A stretch of DNA of 63,414 nucleotides, the filler included, from Octopus bimaculoides (taxonomy: Eukaryota), in the NCBI RefSeq assembly GCF_001194135.2. It is 7 parts of 7 records of this genome, joined end to end, with 100 filler letters (N's around TTAATTAATTAA, not from the genome) between each part and the next. Parts side by side here need not be neighbours in the genome. Positions count along the whole stretch, not along the records: positions 11,794 to 13,919 come from NC_068996.1; positions 14,020 to 40,851 come from NC_068987.1; 5 more parts are not named here. One strand, written 5' to 3'. Under the pieces are notes generated by a model. It was not told where the DNA came from, searched no databases, and saw only the letters and a list, made by a program, of their open reading frames with translations. Shown here one piece after another: positions 12,876 to 24,948 of the stretch. The translations under genes and the position numbers were made by a program. How positions within the stretch are numbered: the stretch's first letter is position 1; each line of letters opens with the position of its first letter.

Positions 12876-13919
12876 GCAACCTCGAAGCCACACTTGTTAG
12901 AGCCATCCATTATTAAAACGAGGTCTTCCACAATAGATAAATTACAACACAGCAACGAACTATATCTTGAAACTTTTAGAAACTGACCAATACATATCCT
13001 CCTATATATCATCCAAATTTCAGTTTAAATGTAAGAGCGTATATTGCCAGAGACTTTGTAAACTTGATTTCTTTTCAAGAACATGATAAAAAAATTTTAA
13101 TAGAAATTTGACTAAGGTCAGTTCTTCTTGTTCTAAATACTTAACTAGTTCTATTTAACTTTCCATTTTAAAATGGCGTTAAAGTCAATAGTATTTCCTC
13201 TTATCCATCCTTCTCAATGATAATTATCTTTAGAAATTCAGCTATTTCATATTATGCTAGCGTAAAAACAACTCCACTACAAATATGTATAATGTTTGAT
13301 TAACTGTTAATAATTGCAAGATACATACATATGGATAATGAAATAATCAAGTTCATTAACGTTTTAAATTATTTGGTGTCCTTTAAAACGCGTGTGGCTA
13401 TATTTCTATGCCCTGTTTTGCACAAACTTGCGTGGCAATTGAAGAATTATTCATTTTATCCAAGGTGGTGCCTGGTATAGATTAACGCCCGAGTTGGCAT
13501 GTTCCTTTGACAACTTCCAATTTAACATACTTCGAACAACGTCTTTAAAATAGGAAACCAGAGACACTGCATTTGAATAATTGGAATTCCAAGAAGACAT
13601 TTTCGCTACCATCCTTGCCTCGCTTTGGGAAACTTATATTTTCATTTATCTTAATTATTTCATAATGTAGTTCATATGTTTTACTATTTAGAATTTTTCA
13701 ATTACTGTATTACATGTATGATTTTTCCTATATTTTTATTTTCCTTTTTTTTCTTTCAGTTTTATAATACATATCTATAAGGCATCAATTGTCACTTTTT
13801 TACTTTAACACATTCTTACCAATGAGTTAGAAAGTTTTTTCAAATACGTAATTTTCATAATGTCAAAGACTATGATGTTTTTTATATACATCCTCTAATT
13901 GATGTTTATTATCATGATC

Positions 13920-14019
13920 NNNNNNNNNNNNNNNNNNNNNNNNNNNNNNNNNNNNNNNNNNNNTTAATTAATTAANNNNNNNNNNNNNNNNNNNNNNNNN
14001 NNNNNNNNNNNNNNNNNNN
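13920..14019. other. Artificial scaffold spacer
   Basis: 44 N + TTAATTAATTAA + 44 N. Confidence 0.95.
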
Positions 14020-14315
14020 CTCGAAAAATTTCATGTGTCACCTGCACAAGAGCCAGTCCAGGGGTACTGGCAACGATCTCGATCGAAAATCCCACGGATG
14101 CCAGCCAGACGGCACTGGCAACAGCCACGCCCAAAATGGTGCATTTCATGTGTCGCCTGCACATGAGCCAGTCCAGGGGCACTGTCAATGATCTCGCTCG
14201 AAAAATTTCATGTGTCACCCGCACATGAGCCAGTCCGGGGGCGCCGGCAACGATCTCACTCGAGAATCTTACGACGGCCCCACACAAGAGCCAGTCCAGG
14301 GGCACTGGCAACGAT
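14020..14315 (-). repeat. Tandem subrepeats of the RTE 3' UTR
   Basis: Units cacaagagccagtccaggggcactggcaacgatctcgc.., also present in RTE tails at 18840-19100 and 25305-25430. Confidence 0.75.
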
Positions 14316-14699
14316 ATATATGTGTGTTTGGGTGTGTGTGTGTGTATATATCTATATATATAAAGATGACAATGTGTGTCTGTGTGAATTCCTAAAACTC
14401 GAGAACTATACAACCAATTTCATTCCAAATTTACACATGCCTTAATTAGGGTCTATGTAGTGTCTTAGGCCAAAAGAATTTTTACCTTCTTGCATAGTTT
14501 GAGCCCACAGCAATATCATATCTCCTCCACTATTTCAGTATTACGTGTCAAAAGTGAAACAATAACGTCACTCTACTGTAATGTCAGATACTTTCACTTA
14601 AATACTTTCAATTTCATATTGAAACTATTAAAGTGAAACTATACTTTCACATATATACAGGTATACTATAAGACCCAAGTTAAAAGCATTCCCAACAAT

Positions 14700-15029
14700 T
14701 CAACTTCTCTGGTTGACATTAACACACCTACCCCCAATAGGGGCCTTCATTCCCACATTTTAGAGCTCCATAAGCTCCATTTTTCAGGAGCAAAATCCTT
14801 TTTATAGGTTCCAGAAGACTGGAATTTTGGAATATGCGCATAAAGATCAATAGTGTGGGATACATGTGTCATGATTAGAATTTTTTTAGGGTGTGTAAAG
14901 AGGGAAAGAACCCTCATGTGCAATTTTGATGAAACTCGAATCATATGTATTCCAGTTCCTTAAAGAAAATATAACAGAAAAGTTTCATTCTTCAATTGCA
15001 TGTAACACGGGCAACGCCAGGTATCTCTG
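14700..15029 (+). mobile_element. Non-autonomous Helitron-like element, 3' end running into a gap
   Basis: Ends catgtaacacgggcaacgccaggtatctctg, a GC hairpin-type subterminal motif; the expected CTAG would lie in the gap. Confidence 0.45.
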
Positions 15030-15849
15030 NNNNNNNNNNNNNNNNNNNNNNNNNNNNNNNNNNNNNNNNNNNNNNNNNNNNNNNNNNNNNNNNNNNNNNN
15101 NNNNNNNNNNNNNNNNNNNNNNNNNNNNNNNNNNNNNNNNNNNNNNNNNNNNNNNNNNNNNNNNNNNNNNNNNNNNNNNNNNNNNNNNNNNNNNNNNNNN
15201 NNNNNNNNNNNNNNNNNNNNNNNNNNNNNNNNNNNNNNNNNNNNNNNNNNNNNNNNNNNNNNNNNNNNNNNNNNNNNNNNNNNNNNNNNNNNNNNNNNNN
15301 NNNNNNNNNNNNNNNNNNNNNNNNNNNNNNNNNNNNNNNNNNNNNNNNNNNNNNNNNNNNNNNNNNNNNNNNNNNNNNNNNNNNNNNNNNNNNNNNNNNN
15401 NNNNNNNNNNNNNNNNNNNNNNNNNNNNNNNNNNNNNNNNNNNNNNNNNNNNNNNNNNNNNNNNNNNNNNNNNNNNNNNNNNNNNNNNNNNNNNNNNNNN
15501 NNNNNNNNNNNNNNNNNNNNNNNNNNNNNNNNNNNNNNNNNNNNNNNNNNNNNNNNNNNNNNNNNNNNNNNNNNNNNNNNNNNNNNNNNNNNNNNNNNNN
15601 NNNNNNNNNNNNNNNNNNNNNNNNNNNNNNNNNNNNNNNNNNNNNNNNNNNNNNNNNNNNNNNNNNNNNNNNNNNNNNNNNNNNNNNNNNNNNNNNNNNN
15701 NNNNNNNNNNNNNNNNNNNNNNNNNNNNNNNNNNNNNNNNNNNNNNNNNNNNNNNNNNNNNNNNNNNNNNNNNNNNNNNNNNNNNNNNNNNNNNNNNNNN
15801 NNNNNNNNNNNNNNNNNNNNNNNNNNNNNNNNNNNNNNNNNNNNNNNNN

Positions 15850-15949
15850 AGACTGGAGCCTGGTGTTGCCATCCGGTTTCACCAGTCCTCAGTCAAATCG
15901 TCCAACCCATGCTAGCATGGAAAGCGGACGTTAAACGATGATGATGATG

Positions 15950-15950
<1 letters not shown>
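15850..15950 (+). mobile_element. RTE LINE 3' end with (GAT)n tail
   Basis: ..ccaacccatgctagcatggaaagcggacgttaaacgatgatgatg, same tail as the RT-bearing copy at 23753-24948. Confidence 0.85.
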
Positions 15951-15983
<33 letters not shown>

Positions 15984-16009
15984 ATATATATATGTATGTA
16001 TATATATTT

Positions 16010-16670
16010 GTGTGTTTGTGTCTGTATTTGTCCCCACCACCATCGCTTGACAACTAATGTTGGTGTGTTTATGTCCCCATAACTTAGTGGTTTGGCAAAA
16101 GAGACTGCTATAATAAGTCCTCAGCTTGCAAAGAATAAGCCCCGAGGTCGATTTGTTCGACTAAAACCACTTACGGTGTTGGCCCAACATGGCTGCAGTT
16201 AGATGACTCAAACAAATAAAAGAATAAAAGAATATACTGGCGTCAGTTTTTCAGCTAAACTCTTCAAGGCAGTGCCCCAGCATGGCCAGTGACCCAATAA
16301 CTGTGGTAAGTACTTTGCTTCCCAATCACATAGTTATGGGTTAACTCCTATTGCATGGCACTTTGGGCAAGTGCCTTCTACTATTGCCTTGGGTCAAACA
16401 AGATCTAGTTAGTGGATTTAGAAAATAAAAACTGAAAGAAGCCCTTTGTATGTGTGTGTGTGTGCATGTCTGTGTCTGACCCTCACCCCTGCTTAACAAC
16501 TGGTGTTGGTATGTTTACATCCCTGTAACTTACCTGTTCAGCATAAGAGACCAATAGAATAAATACCAGGCTTAAAAAGAAAATAAGTTTTGGGGTCAAT
16601 TAGTACCACTAAAATTTCTCAAGAATGGTCACAGTCTAATGACTGAAATAAGCAAAAATAAAAAATCATG
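16010..16670 (+). mobile_element. SINE family B fragments (3' half followed by a degenerate near-complete copy)
   Basis: Similarity to the complete copies at 21496-21880 and 55700-56125. Confidence 0.7.
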
Positions 16671-17669
16671 GATATCGATTCAGCAAAATTATTAAGATTT
16701 ACAACGGACATTTTCTTATCATGCAAACCTCACATTGATCTACTGTATCTGAATGCATTTCTCTCTAGCTTCCTTCGTACATCGTAAAATTAACAGAAGG
16801 ACATGATACTTGTGCTAGAAAACAACTGAACAAGTGTGTTATAGTCTGTGGATTTATGACGCAATCATAGATAATAGTGTCATTGTGTGTATGAAAACTT
16901 TGTTTCAGCTGGCTGATTGTCACTTTAACCTTTTTGACACCAAACTGCCTGAGACAGCCCTTGGTTATATGGCACAAACTTCTTGATTTAAAGTAGTCTA
17001 AATTAAAGCTTCCAATTAAAATTTCATGTTAATTTATGTTCCAAACACCAGCTTATTAATGACAAAAGCTATTTTAATATATTCTTATTATTTTCAAAAT
17101 TAATTGAAAGAAAAACAGTATTTCAACTGAAATATAGTAACAAAAGGGTCAACTCTAGTTCTTAGTTGATAAAAATATTTCCAATTTTGTGTTCACTTTC
17201 CAACATTACATTTTTGAGGGTGAAGGGTAAAGTTCTGTTGTTATTTGTCTACTAATTTGTCACCATACACAAATCAGTTTGTAACGATTTTTATTTCTTG
17301 GTTGGTTAATAATGCAGATGTTAAAAAGCATGCGTACTGCTTTGAAATAGACCAATCCAGTTTGTGCACTGCCCGATTGCACAAGTAATGTCCTGTTTTG
17401 CAATATGCATTCAACCAATGCCGAATGTCAGTTTTAATCTCTCTCTTGGTAACCTTATAAAACTGATATCTATGATTATATTGAGCATTCTGATTTGGGT
17501 TTATTTTGTTTTGTTTTGTTTTTTGGTGTTGTTTGTATTTGTTTTGTTTCTAGCAGGCAGGATATCATTGTGTCAGGCTATATTGTTTCTTTTTTTTTTT
17601 TTGCTTTTTAGCCCTTTGTTATATAAACAACAACACAAAGTGAGATGATAGCTAAGTTAAAGTTACTAG

Positions 17670-18050
17670 GTGTGCCTGTGAGGTGAGAAGCTTGCTTCCC
17701 AACCACATGGTTTTGGGTTCAGTCCCACTATGTTCATTTGAACGAGTGTCTTCTACTATAGCCTTGGGCCAACCAAAGCCTTGTGAGTGGATTTGGTTGA
17801 TGGAAACTGAAAGAAGCTCATCATATACATATATATCTATGTGTGTCCTCCACCACCGCTTGACAACCAGTGTCGGTGTGTTTACATTCCCACAACTTAG
17901 TGGTTTTTGCAAAAGAGACTGATAGAATAAGTACCGGGCTTTAAAAAAGTACTGTGTGAAGAGGAGAAATTCATTCAACTAAAAATTCTTCAAGGTGGTG
18001 GCCCAGTATGGATGCAGTCAAATGACTGAGACAAGTAGAAGATAAAAGAT
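17670..18050 (+). mobile_element. SINE family B
   Basis: Head, GGCAAG/CTTCTACTATAGCC module, TA linker and 3' module. Confidence 0.8.
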
Positions 18051-18179
18051 TGTACCATGTGCTTCTGGATACACAATGTTTGAGTAAAAGATTAGATGGT
18101 CATGACTAGAGCAGTTTGATCAATCAAGATTGAGCTGGGCCCTAACTAACATCCTACACCACATGGAAAAGACAGCCAT

Positions 18180-18510
18180 GTAGTTGATTGGTAAGGATCT
18201 CTTACAAGTATACTCCACCCATAGTTCATAGAAGTACTCTCCTCACTCTGTTTTTTCTACCTCTACTATAACATGCTCTACTCCTCAATACTAGCTAGTT
18301 CCTTACCACTTGCATCTAAACCTGTCTGTCTCTCCTCCTCTCTTCCTTGCAACCCCTATTCTATTGACTCCCCACCCAGGTATTATGCTAAGTATTAAAG
18401 CCAGTGACTTCCCCAGGACATCAACTTTCTGGAAATCTCTTTGCATGTCATTCTCCCTATTAGTTTAGACTTGCAGGTATTCAAACTAAACATAAATTAC
18501 ATCAATGTCT
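18180..18510 (+). mobile_element. Decayed CR1/L2-like LINE 3' end
   Basis: SLCFFYLYYN..LAS and RTSTFWKSL..HVI resemble the CR1 C-terminus (SLxLFYRYY..PRTxxLWNSLP). Confidence 0.55.
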
Positions 18511-18684
18511 CCACTCCAGGAAGGTCTGCGATGGTCAAGGATGAACGTGGTTCTTTACTTCTGAGGAAGATTTTTAAAATACAATTTAGCTACAGCTTGA
18601 AATAGATACTTTTTACTGCCCAGTTTTGCTTGATTGACTCTTCCTTCCCCACCTAGAAAACTAGGTTCTCTTTCTTCTCCATCA

Positions 18685-19100
18685 TCATCATCATCATCAT
18701 TTAACATCCGCTTTCCATGCTAGCATGGGTTGGACGATTTGACTGAGGACTGATGAAACCAGATGGCTACACCAGGCTCTAATCTGATTTGGCAGAATTT
18801 CTACGGCTGGATGCCGTTCCTAACGCCAACCACTCAGAGTGTAGTGGGTGCTTTTACGTGTCACCCGCACGAAGGCCAGTCAGGCGGTACTGGCAACGGC
18901 CACGCTCAAAATGGTGTATTTTATGTGCCACCCACACAAGAGCCAGTCCAGGGGCACTGGCAACAATCTCGCTCAAAAATCCTACGAAGGCCAGTCAGGC
19001 GGTACTGGCAACGGCCACACTCAAAATGGTGTATTTTATGTGCCACCCGCACAAGAGCCAGTCCAGGGGCACTGGCAACGATCTCGCTCGAAAATCCTAC
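18685..19100 (-). mobile_element. RTE LINE 3' UTR fragment with (CAT)n tail
   Basis: Same tail as 23753; contains two tandem ~110-bp subrepeats. Confidence 0.85.
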
Positions 19101-19321
19101 AAACGCCATTCAAGAATTTAATGCTGTAAAAGAAGGTTGAGTACATGACCATCAGTGAAGATGAAAGCCCCTTACCAATTTGTTCCAATGACGGCACACA
19201 CTTCAAACGGTCAGTGGCTTTAAATACCTTGGGTCCTATATTGCTGATAGTAAGAAAAACTTTCTGGCACGCAAGGGACAAGCCTGAAGTGCTCGTAACA
19301 AGCTTCAAAATATCTAGCTAT

Positions 19322-19655
19322 TGGCACATGGCTCAGTGGTTAAAGTGTCAGAGGTATACAATCATGAGGTAGTGAATTTGCTCCCTGGACAGGGCTGTAT
19401 GTTGTGTTCTTGAGCAAGACACTTTATTTCATGTTGCTCTAGTTCACTCAGCTGTTGGAATGAGCTGCAACATCACTGGTGTCAATCTGTATTGGCCTTT
19501 CCCTTGAATAACATCACTGGTGGGGCGAGGAGAGGCTGGTGTGCATGGGCAACTGCTAGTCTTCTATATACTACTTTGCCCAGGCTCGTGCCTTGAAGAG
19601 TAACTTCTAAGTGCAATCTCATAGTCATTCATGACCGAAGGAAACCTTTACCCCT
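19322..19655 (+). mobile_element. tRNA-derived SINE family E
   Basis: A box TGGCTCAGTGG, followed by GTGTTCTTGAGCAAGACACTTTATTTCATGTTGCTCTAGTTCACTCAGCTG central domain. Confidence 0.7.
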
Positions 19656-19661
19656 TAAGTA

Positions 19662-20511
19662 TTTCAAAGGCAACAAAGCAACATTCAAAGGCAACAAAAC
19701 AACATTCAAAGGCAACAAAGCAACATTCAAAGGAAAACAAAGCAACATTCAAAGGCAACAAAGCAACATTCAAAGGCAACAAAGCAACATTCAAAGGCAA
19801 CAAAGCAACATTCAAAGGCAACAAAGGCAACATTCAAAGGCAACAAAGCAACATTCAAAGGCAACAAAGCAACATTCAAAGGCAACAAAGGCAACAAAGC
19901 AACATNNNNNNNNNNNNNNNNNNNNNNNNNNNNNNNNNNNNNNNNNNNNNNNNNNNNNNNNNNNNNNNNNNNNNNNNNNNNNNNNNNNNNNNNNNNNNNN
20001 NNNNNNNNNNNNNNNNNNNNNNNNNNNNNNNNNNNNNNNNNNNNNNNNNNNNNNNNNNNNNNNNNNNNNNNNNNNNNNNNNNNNNNNNNNNNNNNNNNNN
20101 NNNNNNNNNNNNNNNNNNNNNNNNNNNNNNNNNNNNNNNNNNNNNNNNNNNNNNNNNNNNNNNNNNNNNNNNNNNNNNNNNNNNNNNNNNNNNNNNNNNN
20201 NNNNNNNNNNNNNNNNNNNNNNNNNNNNNNNNNNNNNNNNNNNNNNNNNNNNNNNNNNNNNNNNNNNNNNNNNNNNNNNNNNNNNNNNNNNNNNNNNNNN
20301 NNNNNNNNNNNNNNNNNNNNNNNNNNNNNNNNNNNNNNNNNNNNNNNNNNNNNNNNNNNNNCAACAAAGCAACATTCAAAGGCAACAAAGCAACATTCAA
20401 AGGCAACAAAGCAACATTCAAAGGCAACAAAGGCAACAAAGCAACATTCAAAGGCAACAAAGCAACATTCAAAGGCAACAAAGCAACATTCAAAGGCAAC
20501 AAAGGCAACAT
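19662..20511. repeat. 21-bp minisatellite (aaaggcaacaaagcaacattc)n with a 9-bp variant unit, spanning a gap
   Basis: Direct; present on both sides of the N run. Confidence 0.95.
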
Positions 20512-21239
20512 TCTTCTCTATGGAGTCAAAATCTGGATTATGAAGAAAAAATTTCAAGATCCTCTTGATGTTACATCCACCAAGATTCTCATAAGCACTC
20601 AGAGCATCTCATAGCATGAACTCAAGACTTTATGGATTCATTCTGTTCATTCCTGCTATTGTTGCACAACACAGGATAGGCTTTGCTGGCTACTGCTATT
20701 GTTCTGAATAACAGGCTGTATCAAATGTTATATTTTAGTAGCTTTTGTATGATAATAGAGGATGAAGACCATTCAACTATATTCATGTTGTAGGCAGTGA
20801 CACACACATGAAACTAAAGCCCTTCTAAAACTAATGGGAGACAGTGAGATGTATTTCCTGGTTTGGGGAAATACATCTCAATTGTGGCCACTTGAAGAAA
20901 ATAGATGAAAATTAAATGAGTGATAAAATTTTCAGCTGCAAGCAAACATGAGCAAAAATACAAAAGCAATAGTTTGGAGCTGTTTAATCCCTGTTTAGTA
21001 AACCTTAGGTGATCAAAGGTACCCAGCCATGCTCATCATTATAGAGATATAAATGAGTTGTGGCAGACTAATTTTTAATCTCAGGTTAACCATGAATGAG
21101 AAGGTCTATGATGTTGAATATTAAAATTAATCAGTCAGTCAATAAAGCAACTCACCATCAGGACTCTTTAGCTGTTTTGCTTGGGGATAGGTCTTTAGTG
21201 AGTGGATAATGACTCCGACTAGTATTTTAACTGTGACCA

Positions 21240-21470
21240 TCTTTCTTTTACTGCTTTCAGTCACTGGACTGCAGCTATGCTGGGGCACCTCTTTGAAGAG
21301 TTTTTTGTTACTCAGATCTACTCCCGTACTTATTCTGTTAGAGACTTATTTAAGTCTCTAACAGAATAAGTCTCTAGCTTAGAGACTTATTTAAGTCTCT
21401 AAGTTAAAAGGACTTAACACCACAACACTGTGTCAAGAAGTGACAGACAAATACAAATATAAAGATACAC
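21240..21470 (-). mobile_element. SINE family B 3' half containing two perfect palindromes
   Basis: Flanks match family B; internal hairpins at 21328-21371 and 21378-21403. Confidence 0.75.
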
Positions 21471-21495
21471 ACACACACACACACACACACACAAG

Positions 21496-21880
21496 GCACA
21501 GGAGTGGCTGTGTGGTAAGTAGATTGCTTACCAACCACATGGTTCTGGGTTCAGTCCCACTGTGTGGCACCTTGAGCAAGTGTCTTCTACTATAGCCTTG
21601 GACCAACCAAAGCCTTGTGAGTGGATTTGGTAAATGGAAACTGAAAAAAGTCTGTCATATATATATATGTATATGCTTGTGTGTTTGTGTTTGTTCCCCC
21701 ACCATCGCTTGACAACCAATGTTGGTGTGTTTACATCCCCTTAACTTAGCAGTTTGGCAAAAGTGACTGATAGAATAAGTACTAGGCTTGCAAAGAATAA
21801 GCCCTTGGGTCGATTTCTTCAACTAAAGGCAGTGTTCCAGCATGGCCACAGTCAAATGACTAAAACTAATAAAAAAATAA
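21496..21880 (+). mobile_element. SINE family B, complete
   Basis: cacaggagtggctgtgtggtaag..ggttcagtccc..(TA/TG)..aaaataaaag. Confidence 0.9.
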
Positions 21881-22536
21881 AAGTATACATATATTTTAAG
21901 GTGTGTGGCTTAGAGCTTAGAGTGTTGAAGTCTTGATCATAAAGTCTTGGGTTCGATTCCTGGACTAGGTGGTGCATTGTCTCCTGGATGTTGTGGTGTG
22001 TCAAAGCTGGAGTCTGAAGTGGCTGTCTGTATTTGGTCAGATTCAGCAGAGACAACTAAAACAATCAGTGAAAGCATGGTATGTGTTACCCAGTCATTCC
22101 CATTTGTGAGTGATATCTATGCATATATACGTGTGTGTGTGTGTGTGTGTGTGTGTGTACACATACACAGCCTTCCAGAAAGTTTTTGCAACCCATTTCA
22201 CTCATAAGACATTTTTTTTTCTGGATTCTATTATCCAATGTGTCCCCTCTTTTCTTATGTTATTAGGTTGTGATTTCAGCAAAAAATAGCAGCTGTTAAT
22301 AGCGGTTTGAGTGACCAAATAAAGTTTTCCCCATTGGTTAATATTTCCTTGGAGAGGTCAACATTCTATTGCAGATGCTGAAAACTCTCTAAACCAAAGT
22401 TGTTCATTTTGCCTTGTGAGAAAAAAAAAATATTTTGTTTTGATTGATAGAAAATTATTCATAAAAATATCAACTTGACTTCTATTATTCTTTCTAATTA
22501 ATTTTTTCTATTTAATCTTTTTTTCTCCCATTCCAG

Positions 22537-22602
22537 TACCTTGAGTTACGCTATTCACATTGGTTTCGCTTGCTTGGAGCAGCAGTGTTCTGCATTCTTC
22601 AG
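22537..22602 (+). CDS. SLC5 sodium:solute symporter (NIS/SMCT/SMVT subfamily) internal exon, 66 nt, phase 0/0
   Basis: Polypyrimidine acceptor ttttctcccattccag; YLELRYSHWFRLLGAAVFCILQ; donor gtatat. Matches YLE(M/L)RF..VRLCG of SLC5A5/A8. Confidence 0.9.
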
Positions 22603-23752
22603 GTATATGTATATGTATATTCATTTATATTTTTTTATTTTCTATGCTTTTGTAACTTTTACAAAACAGTTTCCTGAAGCTTTTTTATGATATATTCTTC
22701 TTTGTTGCTTTCTCACCTGATTACTAGGCAACTTGTTATTTTTTTATAAATTGAACACTCCTTTTATATGCAAATACAGTCTTACCTCACCCTTTTACAT
22801 CCACTCTGTGTTTCTTTCCCCTCTGACCCTGCCTCCCTCTCCTTTATCTTTTCACTGTTGTGTCCCCATTGTTGAGTTGCACATTTAGTACAGTTTTCAC
22901 TGTGCTGTATTCAGAACCATTTAAGCAAGAAACAGGATTGCGAATACCGGAAGACAGGGAGCCATAGAGAGCAATACCAAGAAGATAGAAAAGAGATTAA
23001 ATCAAAGGAAGAAGCAGAATGTAAGAGGTTCTCACATATTCTGTGATGTGAGGATGCATGGCATGTAGGTCTTCTGGATAGCAAATCAGTGTGCAAAAGG
23101 AGATCAAGACATCAAAGGAGAAATGTGCATTAGAATGATAGTTGTACATTGGCCCTTACCAATGCTGAAAAGAAAGAAGCATGGAAGTGCTGTTATGAAA
23201 GATTGTTGAATGAGAATTCTTGAGAGAAAGAGGGTCTACCCCATGTAAACCCAACAGAGAGACCAGCCATCCAAGTTAACAGTATTATAATAGATTGATT
23301 AAGGATATGAAAGCAAGAGAGACAGCTAGACCATCAGGTATAGTTGCTGATATGCTGAAAATAACTGGCTAAGTGAGGTCATGTGCTAGTTGCACAGATA
23401 GCCTATAGGGTAATATGTGAGTTTGTCATACTTAGTAACTGGTATAGCAGTATCATTGACAACTGCAGTAGAGAGGTGAAGTGTAAGAGGCACAAAATGA
23501 ATAACATGCAGTTCAGGTTTGTGTCAAGAAGAAGTAATAACAATATCCTCTTCTTAGGGACACAACTAATAGAGAATGACTTAACTAGAAGTAAACTTCT
23601 ATACTTAGCATTCATCAACTGCAAAAAGACTTTAGCAGGGTTCCTAACTGAGTAACCTGGTGCCGCTAAGAAAACTGGGGAAACATGAATGGCTTGCAAG
23701 GGCATATAGAGGTGCTGTTAGCAATGAGCACAGCAATGAGTTTAGTATATAG

Positions 23753-24948
23753 ATCATCATCATCATCATCGTTTAACGTCCGCTTTCCATGCTAGCATGG
23801 GTTGGACGATTTGACTGAGGACTGGTGAAACCGGATGGCAACACCAGGCTCCAGTCTGATTTGGCAGAGTTTCTACAGCTGGATGCCCTTCCTAACGCCA
23901 ACCACTCAGAGAGTGTAGTGGGTGCTTTTACGTGTCACCCGCACGAAAACGGCCACGCTCGAAATGGTGTCTTTTATGTGCCNNNNNNNNNNNNNNNNNN
24001 NNNNNNNNNNNNNNNNNNNNNNNNNNNNNNNNNNNNNNNNNNNNNNNNNNNNNNNNNNNNNNNNNNNNNNNNNNNNNNNNNNNNNNNNNNNNNNNNNNNN
24101 NNNNNNNNNNNNNNNNNNNNNNNNNNNNNNNNNNNNNNNNNNNNNNNNNNNNNNNNNNNNNNNNNNNNNNNNNNNNNNNNNNNNNNNNNNNNNNNNNNNN
24201 NNNNNNNNNNNNNNNNNNNNNNNNNNNNNNNNNNNNNNNNNNNNNNNNNNNNNNNNNNNNNNNNNNNNNNNNNNNNNNNNNNNNNNNNNNNNNNNNNNNN
24301 NNNNNNNNNNNNNNNNNNNNNNNNNNNNNNNNNNNNNNNNNNNNNNNNNNNNNNNNNNNNNNNNNNNNNNNNNNNNNNNNNNNNNNNNNNNNNNNNNNNN
24401 NNNNNNNNNNNNNNNNNNNNNNNNNNNNNNNNNNNNNNNNNNNNNNNNNNNNNNNNNNNNNNNNNNNNNNNNNNNNNNNNNNNNNNNNNNNNNNNNNNNN
24501 NNNNNNNNNNNNNNNNNNNNNNNNNNNNNNNNNNNNNNNNNNNNNNNNNNNNNNNNNNNNNNNNNNNNNNNNNNNNNNNNNNNNNNNNNNNNNNNNNNNN
24601 NNNNNNNNNNTGCGAGCTTACGTATGTCCTCAGCAGTTACAGCCCATGTTTCACTGCCATGTAGCATGGTTGTTCGTACGCATGCGTCATACAGTCTGCC
24701 TTTTACTCTGAGTGAGAGTCCCTTTGTCGCCAGCAGGGGTAAGAGCTCTCTAAACTTTGCCCAGGCTATTCTTATTCTAGCAGCTACACTTTCAGCGCAC
24801 CCACCCCCACTACTAACTTGGTCGCCCAGATAGCGGAAGCTATCGACTACCTCTAGTTTTTCACCCTGGAATGAGATAGAAGTTGTTTCCTGTTTGTTTG
24901 CAGTCTTTATTGCACCTGAACATCTGCCACAAACAAAAACTAACTTGC
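23753..24948 (-). mobile_element. Young 5'-truncated RTE-clade LINE (RT C-terminus, 3' UTR, (GAT)n tail; middle in a gap)
   Basis: Uninterrupted FVCGRCSG..LEVVDSFRYLGDQ..RIRIAWAKFRELLPLL..MLHGSETW; candidate TSD tatag (23748-23752, 24949-24953). Confidence 0.9.

Larger units (their letters stand above)
19105..20720 (+). mobile_element. Decayed RTE-clade LINE RT C-terminal fragment, interrupted by a SINE and a minisatellite
   Basis: FKYLGSYIADSKKNFLARKGQA*SARNKLQNI (19219-19315) continues after the insertions as ILLYGVKIW (YGSETW motif). Confidence 0.7.

Noticed and set aside
17364-17648. Hydrophobic ORF that could be the SLC5 first exon (MHCPIA..FSPLLYK)
   Set aside because: Lacks the SFMSA/GTPAE motifs and the terminal YE donor; the hydrophobicity comes from T-rich runs.
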